The notes: generated by a model from the sequence alone, not told the origin. A stretch of DNA of 64,000 nt from an uncultured Nitrososphaerales archaeon (GCA_964342655.1 CAYFFZ010000001.1:668-64667); one strand, 5' to 3'. Positions 37,903-48,059 are shown, numbered from the stretch's first letter. Made by a program: numbers and translations.

Positions 37903-38875
37903 CCAAACTGTTCACCATTTTAACTAACTCAGAATTTGCTTCACCAGAACCCAAATGTTCGATAGCTGATAAAGCATTATCAAGATATCCTTTAATGATC
38001 TTTTTAACGTCTTCTTCAATCCCGAGTTTCCTGATCATCTCAACAACTTCGTTAATTTCTTTTTCATCTGCTTTTTTACCGTAAACTCGCAAAATCTTGT
38101 TCCTGAGCTCAACATCGGCCTTTTTTAAAGCCAGAGATATTGGCAGAGTTGACTTGCCTTCTCTAAGATCCGATCCGACAGGCTTTTTTGTAATGCTTGG
38201 ATCCCCAACCAGACCTAGAAGGTCGTCTGTGAGCTGAAATATTATACCAAAGTTTTCACCGAAATTTATGGCGTATTCTTCAAGGTCAAACCTTCCTGCT
38301 GCATAAACCCCATAAAGAGCTGATAATATAAAAAGGGAAGATGTTTTCTTTTTTATGAGCTCATAGTAGAAATCTTCGCTGAAGATGGCTGGAGGCTTTA
38401 TGTCCATGTTTTGCCCTTCACAAAGATCTATAACATACTTGCTCAACGCAGTTACAGATTTATGAAACTTTCTTTCATCATCCTTAAAAGGTTTAACATC
38501 GTCAAGAACCTTATATCCCATGGCAAAAAGCAAGTCTCCTGCAAGTATAGCTATGGGTTCTCCGTATACTTTGTGAACAGTAGGCACACCCCTTCTGAAA
38601 TCATCGTTATCCATTATGTCATCGTGGATTAGCGTGAAGTTATGCACAAGCTCTACAGAAGCCGCTGCTGGAATTATATCAACTGCGTTGCCACCTAACG
38701 CTTCATAGACTCTAGCGACCATCAAAGGCCTTAAGCGTTTTCCCCCAGCAAAAACTAAATGAGCTGAAGCGCTATAAACCTCATAATCCTTTGATAAAGT
38801 TTCTTTAAGGTATTCATTTACTCTATTTAAAAAATCTTCTTGTTTTATCATAAATAACCTACCTGTCTGGCCCAC
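37886..38875 (-). CDS. idsA: geranylgeranyl diphosphate synthase (polyprenyl synthetase)
   Basis: 329 aa. First and second Asp-rich motifs LIHDDIMDNDDFRRG and LTDDLLG. Confidence 0.85.
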   Translation of the reverse strand: MGQTGRLFMIKQEDFLNRVNEYLKETLSKDYEVYSASAHLVFAGGKRLRPLMVARVYEALGGNAVDIIPAAASVELVHNFTLIHDDIMDNDDFRRGVPTVHKVYGEPIAILAGDLLFAMGYKVLDDVKPFKDDERKFHKSVTALSKYVIDLCEGQNMDIKPPAIFSEDFYYELIKKKTSSLFILSALYGVYAAGRFDLEEYAINFGENFGIIFQLTDDLLGLVGDPSITKKPVGSDLREGKSTLPISLALKKADVELRNKILRVYGKKADEKEINEVVEMIRKLGIEEDVKKIIKGYLDNALSAIEHLGSGEANSELVKMVNSLVERQR

Positions 38876-39915
38876 TCGGCTAGAGGGCCTAAGAGAACCT
38901 TTCTTTTTCTCTTTAGTTCTTGAGCATTTTTCGAGCCCGTCAAGAAAAGTGCTAATCTGTATTCATTTATGCTGTTAATCAAGTATTCTTTAGCCTTTTC
39001 GTATCCGTTTTTTAGCAATTCTTTCAAAATGCTACCCGCCATAGCCCCAACGTCAGCCCCAAGAGAAATAGCTTTTGCCACTTCAAGCCCGTTTTTTATA
39101 CCGCCAGAGGCTATTATCGGGAGGTCGGTTACGCTTCTGACCTCTATAATTGAGGCAGCAGTAGGAATCCCCCACTCTCCAAAGATTTCTGCTAAATTAT
39201 AATTTTCCATTTTCTTTGCCTTCTTTGCTCTTTCTCCTTCGATTTTTGCCCAGCTTGTCCCTCCGGCTCCTGCCACATTTATAGCAGAAACACCTGCCAG
39301 TTTTAGGTTTATTGCAACTTCTTTAGAAATACCTGAGCCAACCTCTTTAACTATTATAGGAACGTTTATAGACTTTGCAAGATCAGACAGTTTTTGTAGA
39401 ACGCCCTTAAACTTTGGTTCTCCTTCTGGTTGTACAGCTTCTTGAAGCGGATTCAAATGTATGGCCAAAGCGTTTGCCTTTACCATATCTACCGCTTTCT
39501 TTATCTTATCTAAATCATATACTAAAAGTTGAGCCGCTCCGAGGTTGCCCATTACGAATATGTCCGGCGCTACATCTCTTACCACAGAATAAGTATCAGC
39601 TAATGAAGGATCCTCTATGGCTGCTCTCTGTGACCCAACACCCATACCTATCCCTAGTTCATGAGCTAGAGTAGCAAGGTTTCTGTTTATTTCCTTCGTC
39701 TCTTCATTACCGCCTGTCATACTGTCTATGAAAAAAGGGGCTGAAAGTTTAAACCCCAAAAAGTTTGCTGAAATGTCAACATCCTGAAGATCCATTTCAG
39801 GTAAAGCCTGATGAATCAGGTATACATACTCAAACCATCCTGAAGTTTCTTTATACTCAACCCCACCTTTTTTTACTATGTTTATATGTTCAGCTTTTCT
39901 ATTCTTTACTTCCAT
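38848..39915 (-). CDS. fni: isopentenyl-diphosphate delta-isomerase, type 2
   Basis: 355 aa. FMN TIM-barrel motifs SMTGG, GVGSQR, KEVGSGIS, ASGGIKNG. Confidence 0.9.
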   Translation of the reverse strand: MEVKNRKAEHINIVKKGGVEYKETSGWFEYVYLIHQALPEMDLQDVDISANFLGFKLSAPFFIDSMTGGNEETKEINRNLATLAHELGIGMGVGSQRAAIEDPSLADTYSVVRDVAPDIFVMGNLGAAQLLVYDLDKIKKAVDMVKANALAIHLNPLQEAVQPEGEPKFKGVLQKLSDLAKSINVPIIVKEVGSGISKEVAINLKLAGVSAINVAGAGGTSWAKIEGERAKKAKKMENYNLAEIFGEWGIPTAASIIEVRSVTDLPIIASGGIKNGLEVAKAISLGADVGAMAGSILKELLKNGYEKAKEYLINSINEYRLALFLTGSKNAQELKRKRKVLLGPLAEWARQVGYL

Positions 39916-40711
39916 CAGACATCACTACACTACCCTCAAACTTATAACCCTTTATTGCTTTAATAATATTTTCTTTGTCTTCAGCGTTTATAAAAGCCGA
40001 ATTTATACCCTTTTTAGCCAGCATGTATGCGACGTAAAGCTTGTAGCTGATCCCACCTGTAGCATCAGGAGAATTTTCTGACATCTTTAACAGGATTTTT
40101 TCAAACTTTACGAATCCGTTTCCCACTATGATTGGAACCTCGCCTATATATACAGATCCTTTTGATTCTACTATGCTGATTTTATCTATTATGTTTCCAT
40201 TTTCATCCAAAATTCCTGGTGTGCCCATTATAAAAACAACTTTTTTTACAGGGAACTTATCGCTTAATTTTAAGGCTATTTCGTCTCCTCCTATAACTCT
40301 AAATCCCTTATTCCTTTCATAAATTACATCACCATAAGTTAAAGGATAAACAGATTTGTCGATCATTTCTAAAATTTCATCTTTGTTAATTACTTCTAAA
40401 AGCTGTGCAGGAAAATAAAATGTAGATATACCTTTTTCTAGAAGAAATTTTTGAACCTGAACGCTAAGCTGTTGCATTTTAATCTTTGTAAAGCTTACAC
40501 CTTTATTTGATTCATTATATGTAAAGCTAGAAAGACCGTAAATTGTTGCTGCCGGATGGCCCCATGAACCCCCTCCATGTATCAAAAAGTAGCGTTCTTT
40601 GGCATCAGCTAAAGCTTCTGCGATGTTTTTTATTCCGTCTTCATTTATGCTAAAAGGTTTATCTTTAAATGTTATGGATGACCCACCTAGCTTTATTATA
40701 GACAAGGACAT
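39899..40711 (-). CDS. ipk: isopentenyl phosphate kinase
   Basis: 270 aa. Amino-acid-kinase fold with IIKLGGSSITFK and LIHGGGSWGH. Confidence 0.85.
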   Translation of the reverse strand: MSLSIIKLGGSSITFKDKPFSINEDGIKNIAEALADAKERYFLIHGGGSWGHPAATIYGLSSFTYNESNKGVSFTKIKMQQLSVQVQKFLLEKGISTFYFPAQLLEVINKDEILEMIDKSVYPLTYGDVIYERNKGFRVIGGDEIALKLSDKFPVKKVVFIMGTPGILDENGNIIDKISIVESKGSVYIGEVPIIVGNGFVKFEKILLKMSENSPDATGGISYKLYVAYMLAKKGINSAFINAEDKENIIKAIKGYKFEGSVVMSDGSKE

Positions 40712-40844
40712 TTTATTACGCTATTATTGGCTTAAAACTTAACCTTTTCTAACCTTAATTCTGCACATACATACAGAGTTCTATCATTAAAGCTTTCTGA
40801 CAACACCTTTATCGCGTTTTGCTACCTTTAAAAAAATTGACCAG

Positions 40845-41750
40845 TTATCGAACATTGCCTTCCTGTTCACCTTTGCTGTTTTTGAAATTAATTTCATAAG
40901 CTCCAGGAACTCCAAGTTTAACTTCTTTTGTTTTTAAACCGTCTACGCTTTTAACGGGCAAACCTATAAGATAACCCCCTCCTCCAGCTCCCGTTATTTT
41001 AGCTGATATCCCTTCTTCCTGAAGCCTTTCCAATATAGAACTTATTTTAGGCGTAGATACATTGATCATCTCCAAAAGGGCCTGGTTTATCTTGAAAAGA
41101 GCTTTAGCCTTTTCAACATCTCCATTTTCTAATGCACCTTTCATTGATAATGATACATAATCGGCCATTTTTATGAGATCTCCGAACTTTTCCGGTTCGT
41201 TTTCTTTTAAACGGCCTACCTTGCTAACCAAAATGCCCGTGTTTCTTCTCTGCCCAGAATCTATTAGCAAGATCCTATCGATTTTTGAACTTATGGGAAA
41301 GTTCATTTCTCCTCTTTTAAACATTAAAATTCCTCCGTTTAAGACGGTCCACACGTCTATACCGCTCGGGTTTTTGTGTACGTGCTTTTCAAGTTCCATG
41401 GACTCATCGAATACCCTTTCTAATGGAGGAGTTATGCCCGCTAGTTTGTAAGAGGCTATTATAGCCGCTACGTGAAAAGAAGCTGAAGAACCGAGCCCGG
41501 CTGACTTTGGTATGGAGCTTTTAACCTGTATTTTGACCTTACTAAGTCCTGTTATTTCTTTAACTTTTTCAATTGTATAATCAGCGTGAATTGTTTTGCC
41601 GTTAGAGTATATGATGTCTTTCGTGCCTTCCTCGACCTTCAGCTTTAGGTATAGGTTTATAGCCCCAGCTATAGCCCTAGCGCCATGAACTACGAAATGC
41701 TCACCTGATAGAATTACTTTTGCAGGAGCGATGGCTTGACCTGAGCTCAA
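40845..41750 (-). CDS. mvk: mevalonate kinase
   Basis: 301 aa. GHMP kinase motifs APAKVILSGEHFVVHG and SAGLGSSAS. Confidence 0.85.
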   Translation of the reverse strand: MSSGQAIAPAKVILSGEHFVVHGARAIAGAINLYLKLKVEEGTKDIIYSNGKTIHADYTIEKVKEITGLSKVKIQVKSSIPKSAGLGSSASFHVAAIIASYKLAGITPPLERVFDESMELEKHVHKNPSGIDVWTVLNGGILMFKRGEMNFPISSKIDRILLIDSGQRRNTGILVSKVGRLKENEPEKFGDLIKMADYVSLSMKGALENGDVEKAKALFKINQALLEMINVSTPKISSILERLQEEGISAKITGAGGGGYLIGLPVKSVDGLKTKEVKLGVPGAYEINFKNSKGEQEGNVR

Positions 41751-41828
41751 CCTACTAACAAATAAATCAGCCGCTTTAAAAACGATCTGTTATTTCTGAC
41801 CCACACCGCGTTGAGGAAGGTTAAAATT

Positions 41829-42707
41829 TCAGTATTTGTAGAACCCTATAGACGCGTAGCCAACAACTGCAGAATAATCTCCTGTTACGTCTCCGCTGTT
41901 TGCATGCCTGAGCAGTTTTACGCTGTTATAACCCATAAGGTTGCTTACGTGTATGAGTACGGATGCTGGTCCATAGCCACACATAGTTATATCATATTTT
42001 CTAAGAACCCTGTAAAATTCATCGAGGTCCTTTTTGATTATAGCGTTTATTGCAATTTCGTCTTTTTTGTTAACGCTATCAGCCGGCTCGTAATGGGTTA
42101 AATCAGATGAAGCTATAATATAATAGTTCTTTTTTCCTTTTATCTTTTTATAAATTATTTCAGCTACTTCGACGGCATACTCCTTTTCCATCAAAGTCAT
42201 TGAAATCGGCAGTATTTTAAAGTCCTTTTTTACGTATTGCAAATATGGTATCTGAACCTCTATGCTATGTTCTCTCCAGTGAGCTGCGTCGTCCATATCG
42301 ATTATGGATTTTTCTGAAAGTATTTCGTTTCTTAAATTTGTGTCTACCTTAACTTGACCTAAAGGGGTTTCCCATATTTCGCTTTGAGGTAAAGCTATAG
42401 GGCTTCCTATCCCATAATGATTTGGTCCGAGAATTATGAAAGTCGAGCCTTCAGGTAACGCAGAAATTTCTAAATATGCATGGGCTGCAACATAACCAGA
42501 ATATTCATAACCAGCATGAGGAACGAGATAACCTATTGTTTCTTTTTGTTCGTTTGCTGGTGGGAGTTTTCCAGGGCCTATTTTATCTGACTTGAAAGTT
42601 TCTTCTATTAAGCTTATGAGTTTATCCTTTTCACTTGGATAAAAATAACCTGCAACTGCTGGTTTTCTAACTCTCCACATAGCTTCCTTCTTCAAATTTT
42701 GTTTCAA
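41829..42707 (-). CDS. MEMO1-family protein (AmmeMemoRadiSam system protein B)
   Basis: 292 aa. PAVAGYFYP, VPHAGYEYSG, GPNH, and the conserved position downstream of rps2. Confidence 0.8.
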   Translation of the reverse strand: MKQNLKKEAMWRVRKPAVAGYFYPSEKDKLISLIEETFKSDKIGPGKLPPANEQKETIGYLVPHAGYEYSGYVAAHAYLEISALPEGSTFIILGPNHYGIGSPIALPQSEIWETPLGQVKVDTNLRNEILSEKSIIDMDDAAHWREHSIEVQIPYLQYVKKDFKILPISMTLMEKEYAVEVAEIIYKKIKGKKNYYIIASSDLTHYEPADSVNKKDEIAINAIIKKDLDEFYRVLRKYDITMCGYGPASVLIHVSNLMGYNSVKLLRHANSGDVTGDYSAVVGYASIGFYKY

Positions 42708-43338
42708 AGTCTGATGGGTTGTACTTCATAGCTTCGTTAGGCTGCATTGCCCCAGAGTTTATCAGATAGCTTCTGGCAAGTAACCAGAAAATCATAGCAA
42801 GCGATTTTCTGCCTCTGTTATTTCCAGGTACTATGAGATCTACGAAGTTGCAGACGTTGTTAGTGTCGCAGATAGCTACCACCGGTATGTTTACTCTAAC
42901 GGCTTCTTCTATGGCCTGTTTATCTACAGCTGGATCCACAATCAGCACTATATCTACGTTCTTATAATCTGGCAAATATGGATTTGTAAGAGTGCCAGGC
43001 AAAAGCCTTCCGAGGACATAATTAACTCCAGTAAGTTCGGCGAATTTTGATATTGGTGTAAAAGCTGCCTCTCTTGTAGAATAAACCAGAACTCTCTTTG
43101 GGTCGTATCTTGACAAAAACTTTCCTGCGATTTCTATCCTTGAGAGTATCTTGTTAAGGTCAAGTATGTTTAAACCGTCTTCCCTACGTCTAGCAACGAA
43201 CTGTTTCATATGTTTTGTTGCAACGTTGGTTCCGATCCTTATACCAGATGCTATGAGAGCGCTCTCTGTAAGCTGAACATTAATCTTTTTGTTCTCTGAA
43301 CCTTCTTCACTTTTATCTTCAGGCTGTTTTTCTGCCAT
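42667..43338 (-). CDS. rps2: 30S ribosomal protein uS2
   Basis: uS2 core (..LIVDPAVDKQAIEEA..NIPVVAICDTN..). I prefer the ATG at 43338 (MAEKQ), which forms a TAATG overlap with the enolase stop. The track starts at 43356. Confidence 0.9.
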   Translation of the reverse strand: MAEKQPEDKSEEGSENKKINVQLTESALIASGIRIGTNVATKHMKQFVARRREDGLNILDLNKILSRIEIAGKFLSRYDPKRVLVYSTREAAFTPISKFAELTGVNYVLGRLLPGTLTNPYLPDYKNVDIVLIVDPAVDKQAIEEAVRVNIPVVAICDTNNVCNFVDLIVPGNNRGRKSLAMIFWLLARSYLINSGAMQPNEAMKYNPSDFETKFEEGSYVES

Positions 43339-44555
43339 TATATGCTCGGCCTCCAAAGAGGTATTTTTTCATTTTCTTCATTTATCCTTGCTAACCTTAT
43401 AAGCTTTGACATTCTTTCTCCTCCGACAACCCCGCTTTTCATCAAAGATGATCTCATACCGACAGCTATATCCGCAAGATAACCCTCGCATACATCTCCA
43501 CTCCTGTGCGAAGTAATAACAGCATAGTTGTTCTTATGAGCTGTTTCAGCGAATAGTTTCGCCTGATACAGCGTTCCAACTTGATTTACTTTAAGAATCA
43601 CTCCGTTAGCTGCCCCCATTTTTATGCCTTTTTCCAGCCTTCTGTAGTCCGTGGTAAAAAGATCGTCACCAACTATGAGCGATTTAGAGCTTTTAGTAAG
43701 CTCCGCAAAAGATTCGAAATCTTCTTCAAAAAAAGGATCTTCAACGTATTTCAAATCGAACTTATTTATTATGTCTTCAACGTATTTTAGCTGGTCCTCT
43801 TTTGAAAGCTTTTTGCCCTTTCTGGAATAATTGTAAACTCCATTTTCATATAGAGTTGAAGCTGCCATATCAACTCCCATTATTATCCTTACTCCATAAT
43901 CTTTTGAAACCCTGTCGATGGCTGTTCTGACTACTTCTAAAGCTTCTTCATCTTTAAGCCTTGGAGCCCAAGCGCCCTCGTCGCCTTTTCCGCCCGCAAA
44001 CATTGGATCTCTTTTTTCTATTTCTTTCCTGACTTCTTTATGCACTTTGATGTTTAAAGTTACTGCTTCAAAAGCGTTTTTAGCTCCAACTGGGGATGAC
44101 AGAAATTCTTGAATGTCAGGAGAGCCAGGTCCTGCGTGCTTCCCTCCTCCTAGGACGTTCCCCAGAGGGTACGGTATTCTAGGTTCAAACCCTATAAGAG
44201 TGTAAAATGGTTTTCCAGATGCTAATGATTCAGCAACTGGGGATGCTACTGAAACGGCAAAAGCCGTTGAACCACCTATTTTTTCAAACTTTTCGGAACC
44301 GTCTATTTTTAATAATGCTTCATAAACAGCCTTAAGGTCTCCAGCGTCAACACCAATTAGCTTTGATTTATCAAAATTTTTTATGGCCGTAGAGAAACCG
44401 CCTTTTGGTAAATGGATGACTTCTGTTTCGCCTGTGCTTGCTCCAGCAGGTGCAGTAACTGTAGCGCTAAAATTTTTTACATATACTGTAGCTTCTACTG
44501 TGTCGTCCCCTCTGCTAGTAAAGCTTGGACGAAGCTTTACGTCAGTTATTTCCAA
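43338..44555 (-). CDS. eno: enolase
   Basis: 405 aa. SRGDDTVEATV, APAGASTGETE, and a C-terminal SHRSG.. motif. Confidence 0.9.
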   Translation of the reverse strand: MEITDVKLRPSFTSRGDDTVEATVYVKNFSATVTAPAGASTGETEVIHLPKGGFSTAIKNFDKSKLIGVDAGDLKAVYEALLKIDGSEKFEKIGGSTAFAVSVASPVAESLASGKPFYTLIGFEPRIPYPLGNVLGGGKHAGPGSPDIQEFLSSPVGAKNAFEAVTLNIKVHKEVRKEIEKRDPMFAGGKGDEGAWAPRLKDEEALEVVRTAIDRVSKDYGVRIIMGVDMAASTLYENGVYNYSRKGKKLSKEDQLKYVEDIINKFDLKYVEDPFFEEDFESFAELTKSSKSLIVGDDLFTTDYRRLEKGIKMGAANGVILKVNQVGTLYQAKLFAETAHKNNYAVITSHRSGDVCEGYLADIAVGMRSSLMKSGVVGGERMSKLIRLARINEENEKIPLWRPSI

Positions 44556-44786
44556 TTAAATTTCGTCCTCCTTCTCATTCAACATAGCAGTAGCTTCAGC
44601 ATAAGGCAACATTTTGTTTAAAGATTCGAAGTTGCTTAATATCATTCTTCTGCAACAATACCTTTTTACTCCCAATTTATCCAATGCCTTAGAAGGCTCC
44701 ATACCCTTTGCAACAAGGGCATTGAACTTTTCATATTTATCGCCCAGTAAAGCTCCACAGCTAAAACATCTTATAGGTGAAAGCAT
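44556..44786 (-). CDS. rpoN: DNA-directed RNA polymerase subunit Rpo10 (N)
   Basis: 76 aa. PIRCFSCG...RYCCRRM zinc-binding signature. Confidence 0.9.
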   Translation of the reverse strand: MLSPIRCFSCGALLGDKYEKFNALVAKGMEPSKALDKLGVKRYCCRRMILSNFESLNKMLPYAEATAMLNEKEDEI

Positions 44787-44873
44787 CGAACTAGTTAAAA
44801 AGGCTCTGAATATAAGTTTTTCTAATTAACCAAAAAACTTTAGTGATTTGAATCAACATATGGTTTAGAAAGA

Positions 44874-45410
44874 TCACAAAGTATAACGATGAGCTCTGCA
44901 TCTAGGCTCATACCGGTCATATCCACCTATCAGTATCTCCTGTTGCTCCTTGCTCTTTCTGATTGTGAAACTAGCAGGTTCCCCGCATATAGGGCATACC
45001 GCTGTAAGTTTGATAACTTCATCGGCTATCGCTAAAAGCAATGGCATTGCCCCAAAAGGTTTGCCAAGAAAGTTCTTGTCGAGGCCTGCTATAACAACAC
45101 GTTTACCTTCATCAGCAAGCTTGCTTACAACTTCAACAATTTCAGACCCAAAGAATTGAGCTTCATCTATTCCTATAACCTCATAATCCTTTCCTATTTT
45201 ATATATATCGTAAGGGTCTGAAACCTTAAAAGCCTTCATTTTTCTCCCGTCGTGGCTTACAACATACTCTTCTCCGTATCTGTTATCTATAGCGTGTTTG
45301 AATAATGTTATCCTCTTTTTTCCAAGTTCATACCTTCTGAGTTCTATCAGCAATTCTTCTGTTTTCCTGCTAAACATAGGCCCCGTGTATACTTTTATCC
45401 ACCCCTGCAT
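44874..45410 (-). CDS. tdk: thymidine kinase (type II)
   Basis: 178 aa. YTGPMFSRKTEELL (P-loop with R15 where G is canonical), IGIDEAQFF, and a C-terminal zinc motif CPICG...CRAH. Confidence 0.85.
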   Translation of the reverse strand: MQGWIKVYTGPMFSRKTEELLIELRRYELGKKRITLFKHAIDNRYGEEYVVSHDGRKMKAFKVSDPYDIYKIGKDYEVIGIDEAQFFGSEIVEVVSKLADEGKRVVIAGLDKNFLGKPFGAMPLLLAIADEVIKLTAVCPICGEPASFTIRKSKEQQEILIGGYDRYEPRCRAHRYTL

Positions 45411-45444
45411 GTTTCTACTTTTTATTTTTTATTTATATAAGGGC

Positions 45445-46608
45445 TTATACGTTCATTTTTACATACTTGTCAACAATTTCTTCAACATCCATAAGCCTCA
45501 CGCTTATCTTTGACTGATGTTTAGTGTAAAAATAATGTTTAGCACTGTTGCTTACGACGCTAGTGTATCCGAAAGTCTCTGGTAAATATGACAAAGAAGG
45601 ACATATATCAAAATATATTTTAAGTCCCGAATCAACCAAAGCCTCTTTTTCTTCCTCAGCAAGTTTTGAAAAGTTTATCCTGTCTACAAAAACATAAGCG
45701 GGTAAATCAAAATGCTTGCCCTGGACAAGATAAGCTAATTTTTTCATTTCCTCAACAGAAAGCAAAGGACAGCCAAGCACAATGGCTTGAGGCTGAATGT
45801 CATCGTTTATCTTTAACATGGCTTCTTTTAACTGGTTTTCTTCTAAAGTGATTACTTCTGCGTCTTTAGTTTCGGGTTCTATGACGAACATTGGCTGGGG
45901 GCCATAGGTTCCAACAGAAGCGGATAACGCTTTAAGTTCCTCTTTGTTTGCGGCATTTATCCCTTTTATTCCAACTATTTCCTTTGTTAGCTTACCAATA
46001 AAATAGCCTAAAGCTCCAAATTTTACTGCACCATTTATTTTAAAAGAGAGTTTTATAACCTTCTGAGGCTTTCTGTTTTCGTCTAAATGCATACCATAAT
46101 TTGGAGTAAAACCAAGTATGGCAGCTGCCAGAGCGCTGATTCCTCCTTCCTTATTGGTGTATATTCCAATAACAGAATTTCCGTAAACCACAGCTGAACT
46201 TTCTGCCCAGCTAACGTGTTCTCCCTTTTTTGGGACGTTTAAGCCGTCATAAGGCACACAAGTGCATGAGTTCTTAGCTCCCATTTTCATAAAAGCGTTA
46301 TATATTATCCTTTGTTTTTCAACCAGTTCTTTGCTAAATGTGGCATCGTTTTCAAGCACTGGTGCTCCGCAAGGGTTTATAGATGTTGGAACAACAAAAC
46401 GAGCGACCTTTGATATATCGTTTAAAAGTTCTAAGCCTGAATCGCCTATGTTATAATAATTTACACCTGAGATATGAGCTGATGTTATTTTTATGAAGCC
46501 ATCTGATTTTGAAGCTTTAGCTATCGCCATCAGAACTTTTGCAGCTATACGCTTAGCCTCTCCATGTTCGCCTTTTAATGCGTCTTCTACATATTTATCA
46601 ACCGACAA
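45445..46608 (-). CDS. aconitase X catalytic domain protein (DUF521), probable phosphomevalonate dehydratase large subunit
   Basis: 387 aa. SAHISGVNYYNIG, CTCVPY, SWAESSAVVYGNSVIG, NKEGGISALAAAILGFTPNYGMHL. Confidence 0.75.
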   Translation of the reverse strand: MSVDKYVEDALKGEHGEAKRIAAKVLMAIAKASKSDGFIKITSAHISGVNYYNIGDSGLELLNDISKVARFVVPTSINPCGAPVLENDATFSKELVEKQRIIYNAFMKMGAKNSCTCVPYDGLNVPKKGEHVSWAESSAVVYGNSVIGIYTNKEGGISALAAAILGFTPNYGMHLDENRKPQKVIKLSFKINGAVKFGALGYFIGKLTKEIVGIKGINAANKEELKALSASVGTYGPQPMFVIEPETKDAEVITLEENQLKEAMLKINDDIQPQAIVLGCPLLSVEEMKKLAYLVQGKHFDLPAYVFVDRINFSKLAEEEKEALVDSGLKIYFDICPSLSYLPETFGYTSVVSNSAKHYFYTKHQSKISVRLMDVEEIVDKYVKMNV

Positions 46609-47173
46609 TTTCCTTCACCCAGTTTTCTATTATCTTTTGTATTTCTGCATAACGGGAAGGCGGAGGCGTATGCCTCATCTTGATTATGAACAGCTTGCAG
46701 TTTTCTCCGTTTTTTAATATTTTTTCACAGAGTTCTTCGCTCTGTTGAACCGGAACTATGTCATCTTCGCTTCCATGAATAAGAAGCGCATTTTTTATTC
46801 TGTCAGCGTATTTAATGGGAGAAGTCTCGATCAGATATTCTTTAGGAATCAATTTGAGGTCTTCATAGAGGCTTTTTTGAATGCTTCCCTCGCTAAAACT
46901 GTTTAGGTATTCTGCCTGTTTAACTCTGTCAGAAGGAGAAGAAACAGCTATTACTGGTGTTCCTTTAAAAGCTGAATATAACAGAGCATAAGTTCCTCCT
47001 TTAGAATGTCCTGCAACAATGTCGTAATCTTTGTTTAAATATATGTCAAGAAAGTCTTTTGCCTCTTTATCGAACTTAGGAGCCTCAACATCTCCAAATT
47101 TCTTCAAAGGGCTTATTAACCAAGATATTTTAGCTGGTTCTGATCCTTTGCCATGAAGCGCTAAGATCTTCAA
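46598..47173 (-). CDS. alpha/beta hydrolase (esterase-like)
   Basis: 191 aa with a TTG start. Nucleophile elbow GHSKGG and a late IHGSEDDIVP. Confidence 0.6.
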   Translation of the reverse strand: MKILALHGKGSEPAKISWLISPLKKFGDVEAPKFDKEAKDFLDIYLNKDYDIVAGHSKGGTYALLYSAFKGTPVIAVSSPSDRVKQAEYLNSFSEGSIQKSLYEDLKLIPKEYLIETSPIKYADRIKNALLIHGSEDDIVPVQQSEELCEKILKNGENCKLFIIKMRHTPPPSRYAEIQKIIENWVKEIVG

Positions 47174-47479
47174 GTTAAGAGATGAAGCTCTCTGATACTA
47201 TTAATTATTACGGACATTTTGTAGTAAAAATAATGGTTTAATGCTAATTGCTAATGACCCGCGGTTGGTGCTTCTTAGTTTATAGACGAGCTTGCTTGTA
47301 CATGAGAAATGCTTTTTAAAGCATTCCAGCATTCTATTCGTAGAGATGCTATACTTCCCTTAGCATTTCGCCTGTTTAGCCAAGCGAAATAATTATATCA
47401 GCTCATATTTTATAAGGGGCTATACATCGCATTTTGTGAAACAGAATACTTTCGCATAATTTCCACAAATTTATAAAAA

Positions 47480-48058
47480 TCAAGTATTTTGAGCTGATAA
47501 AAATTTGTAATAAAGTACAAGCCTTTCGATGAATGTTTCTAAAGCTATTATGATTACAATTATGAGCCCGTAAAATATATAACCAAATATTATCGCTAAA
47601 ATCATTATCAAAAGTCTGATCCCTCTCTCGCCTATTTCCAATGACTTTGGTCTTATCCCATTAGAAAGCCCTTCAACCCTAGCTCTAGAATAGCTAACCA
47701 TTATTGAAAACGTAAAAGCGAGAAACGAATAGATGGTTAAATCTGGCTTATAAACTGCGATGCCTGCGTACAAAGACGCTTCTACTAGCCTGTCGAGGTT
47801 AGAGTCTAGGAAAGCTCCTTGCTTTGTAACCTTGTTCAACGCGCGCGCAACGGCTCCGTCAAGCATGTCAAACGCTCCAGAAATTATAAGCATAAGGACA
47901 GATATGTAGACAAATCCAAAATAAAGGAGAGGACCTGTCAACACACCTATGATAAAACCTATAACAGTTATGGTGTTTGGGTTTTTTACAAACTTACCTA
48001 GCGTTTTGCCAACTCTGTATGTTAAAGGGTTTATATAATCTCTAATTATATCTGGCAA
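47480..48058 (-). CDS. CDP-alcohol phosphatidyltransferase (archaetidyl-headgroup synthase)
   Basis: 192 aa membrane protein. Exact family motif DMLDGAVARALNKVTKQGAFLDSNLDR (DGx2ARx8Gx3Dx3D). Confidence 0.8.
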   Translation of the reverse strand: MPDIIRDYINPLTYRVGKTLGKFVKNPNTITVIGFIIGVLTGPLLYFGFVYISVLMLIISGAFDMLDGAVARALNKVTKQGAFLDSNLDRLVEASLYAGIAVYKPDLTIYSFLAFTFSIMVSYSRARVEGLSNGIRPKSLEIGERGIRLLIMILAIIFGYIFYGLIIVIIIALETFIERLVLYYKFLSAQNT

Positions 48059-48059
48059 C

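Noticed and set aside
47174-47479. SRP RNA, RNase P RNA, C/D-box sRNA or a CRISPR leader in the 306-bp gap.
   Set aside because: The gap is too short for RNase P. Unlike the tRNAs it is not GC-enriched. I found no convincing C (RUGAUGA) and D (CUGA) box pairing at sRNA spacing, and no direct repeats. It is kept only as a generic candidate for a regulatory element or small RNA.
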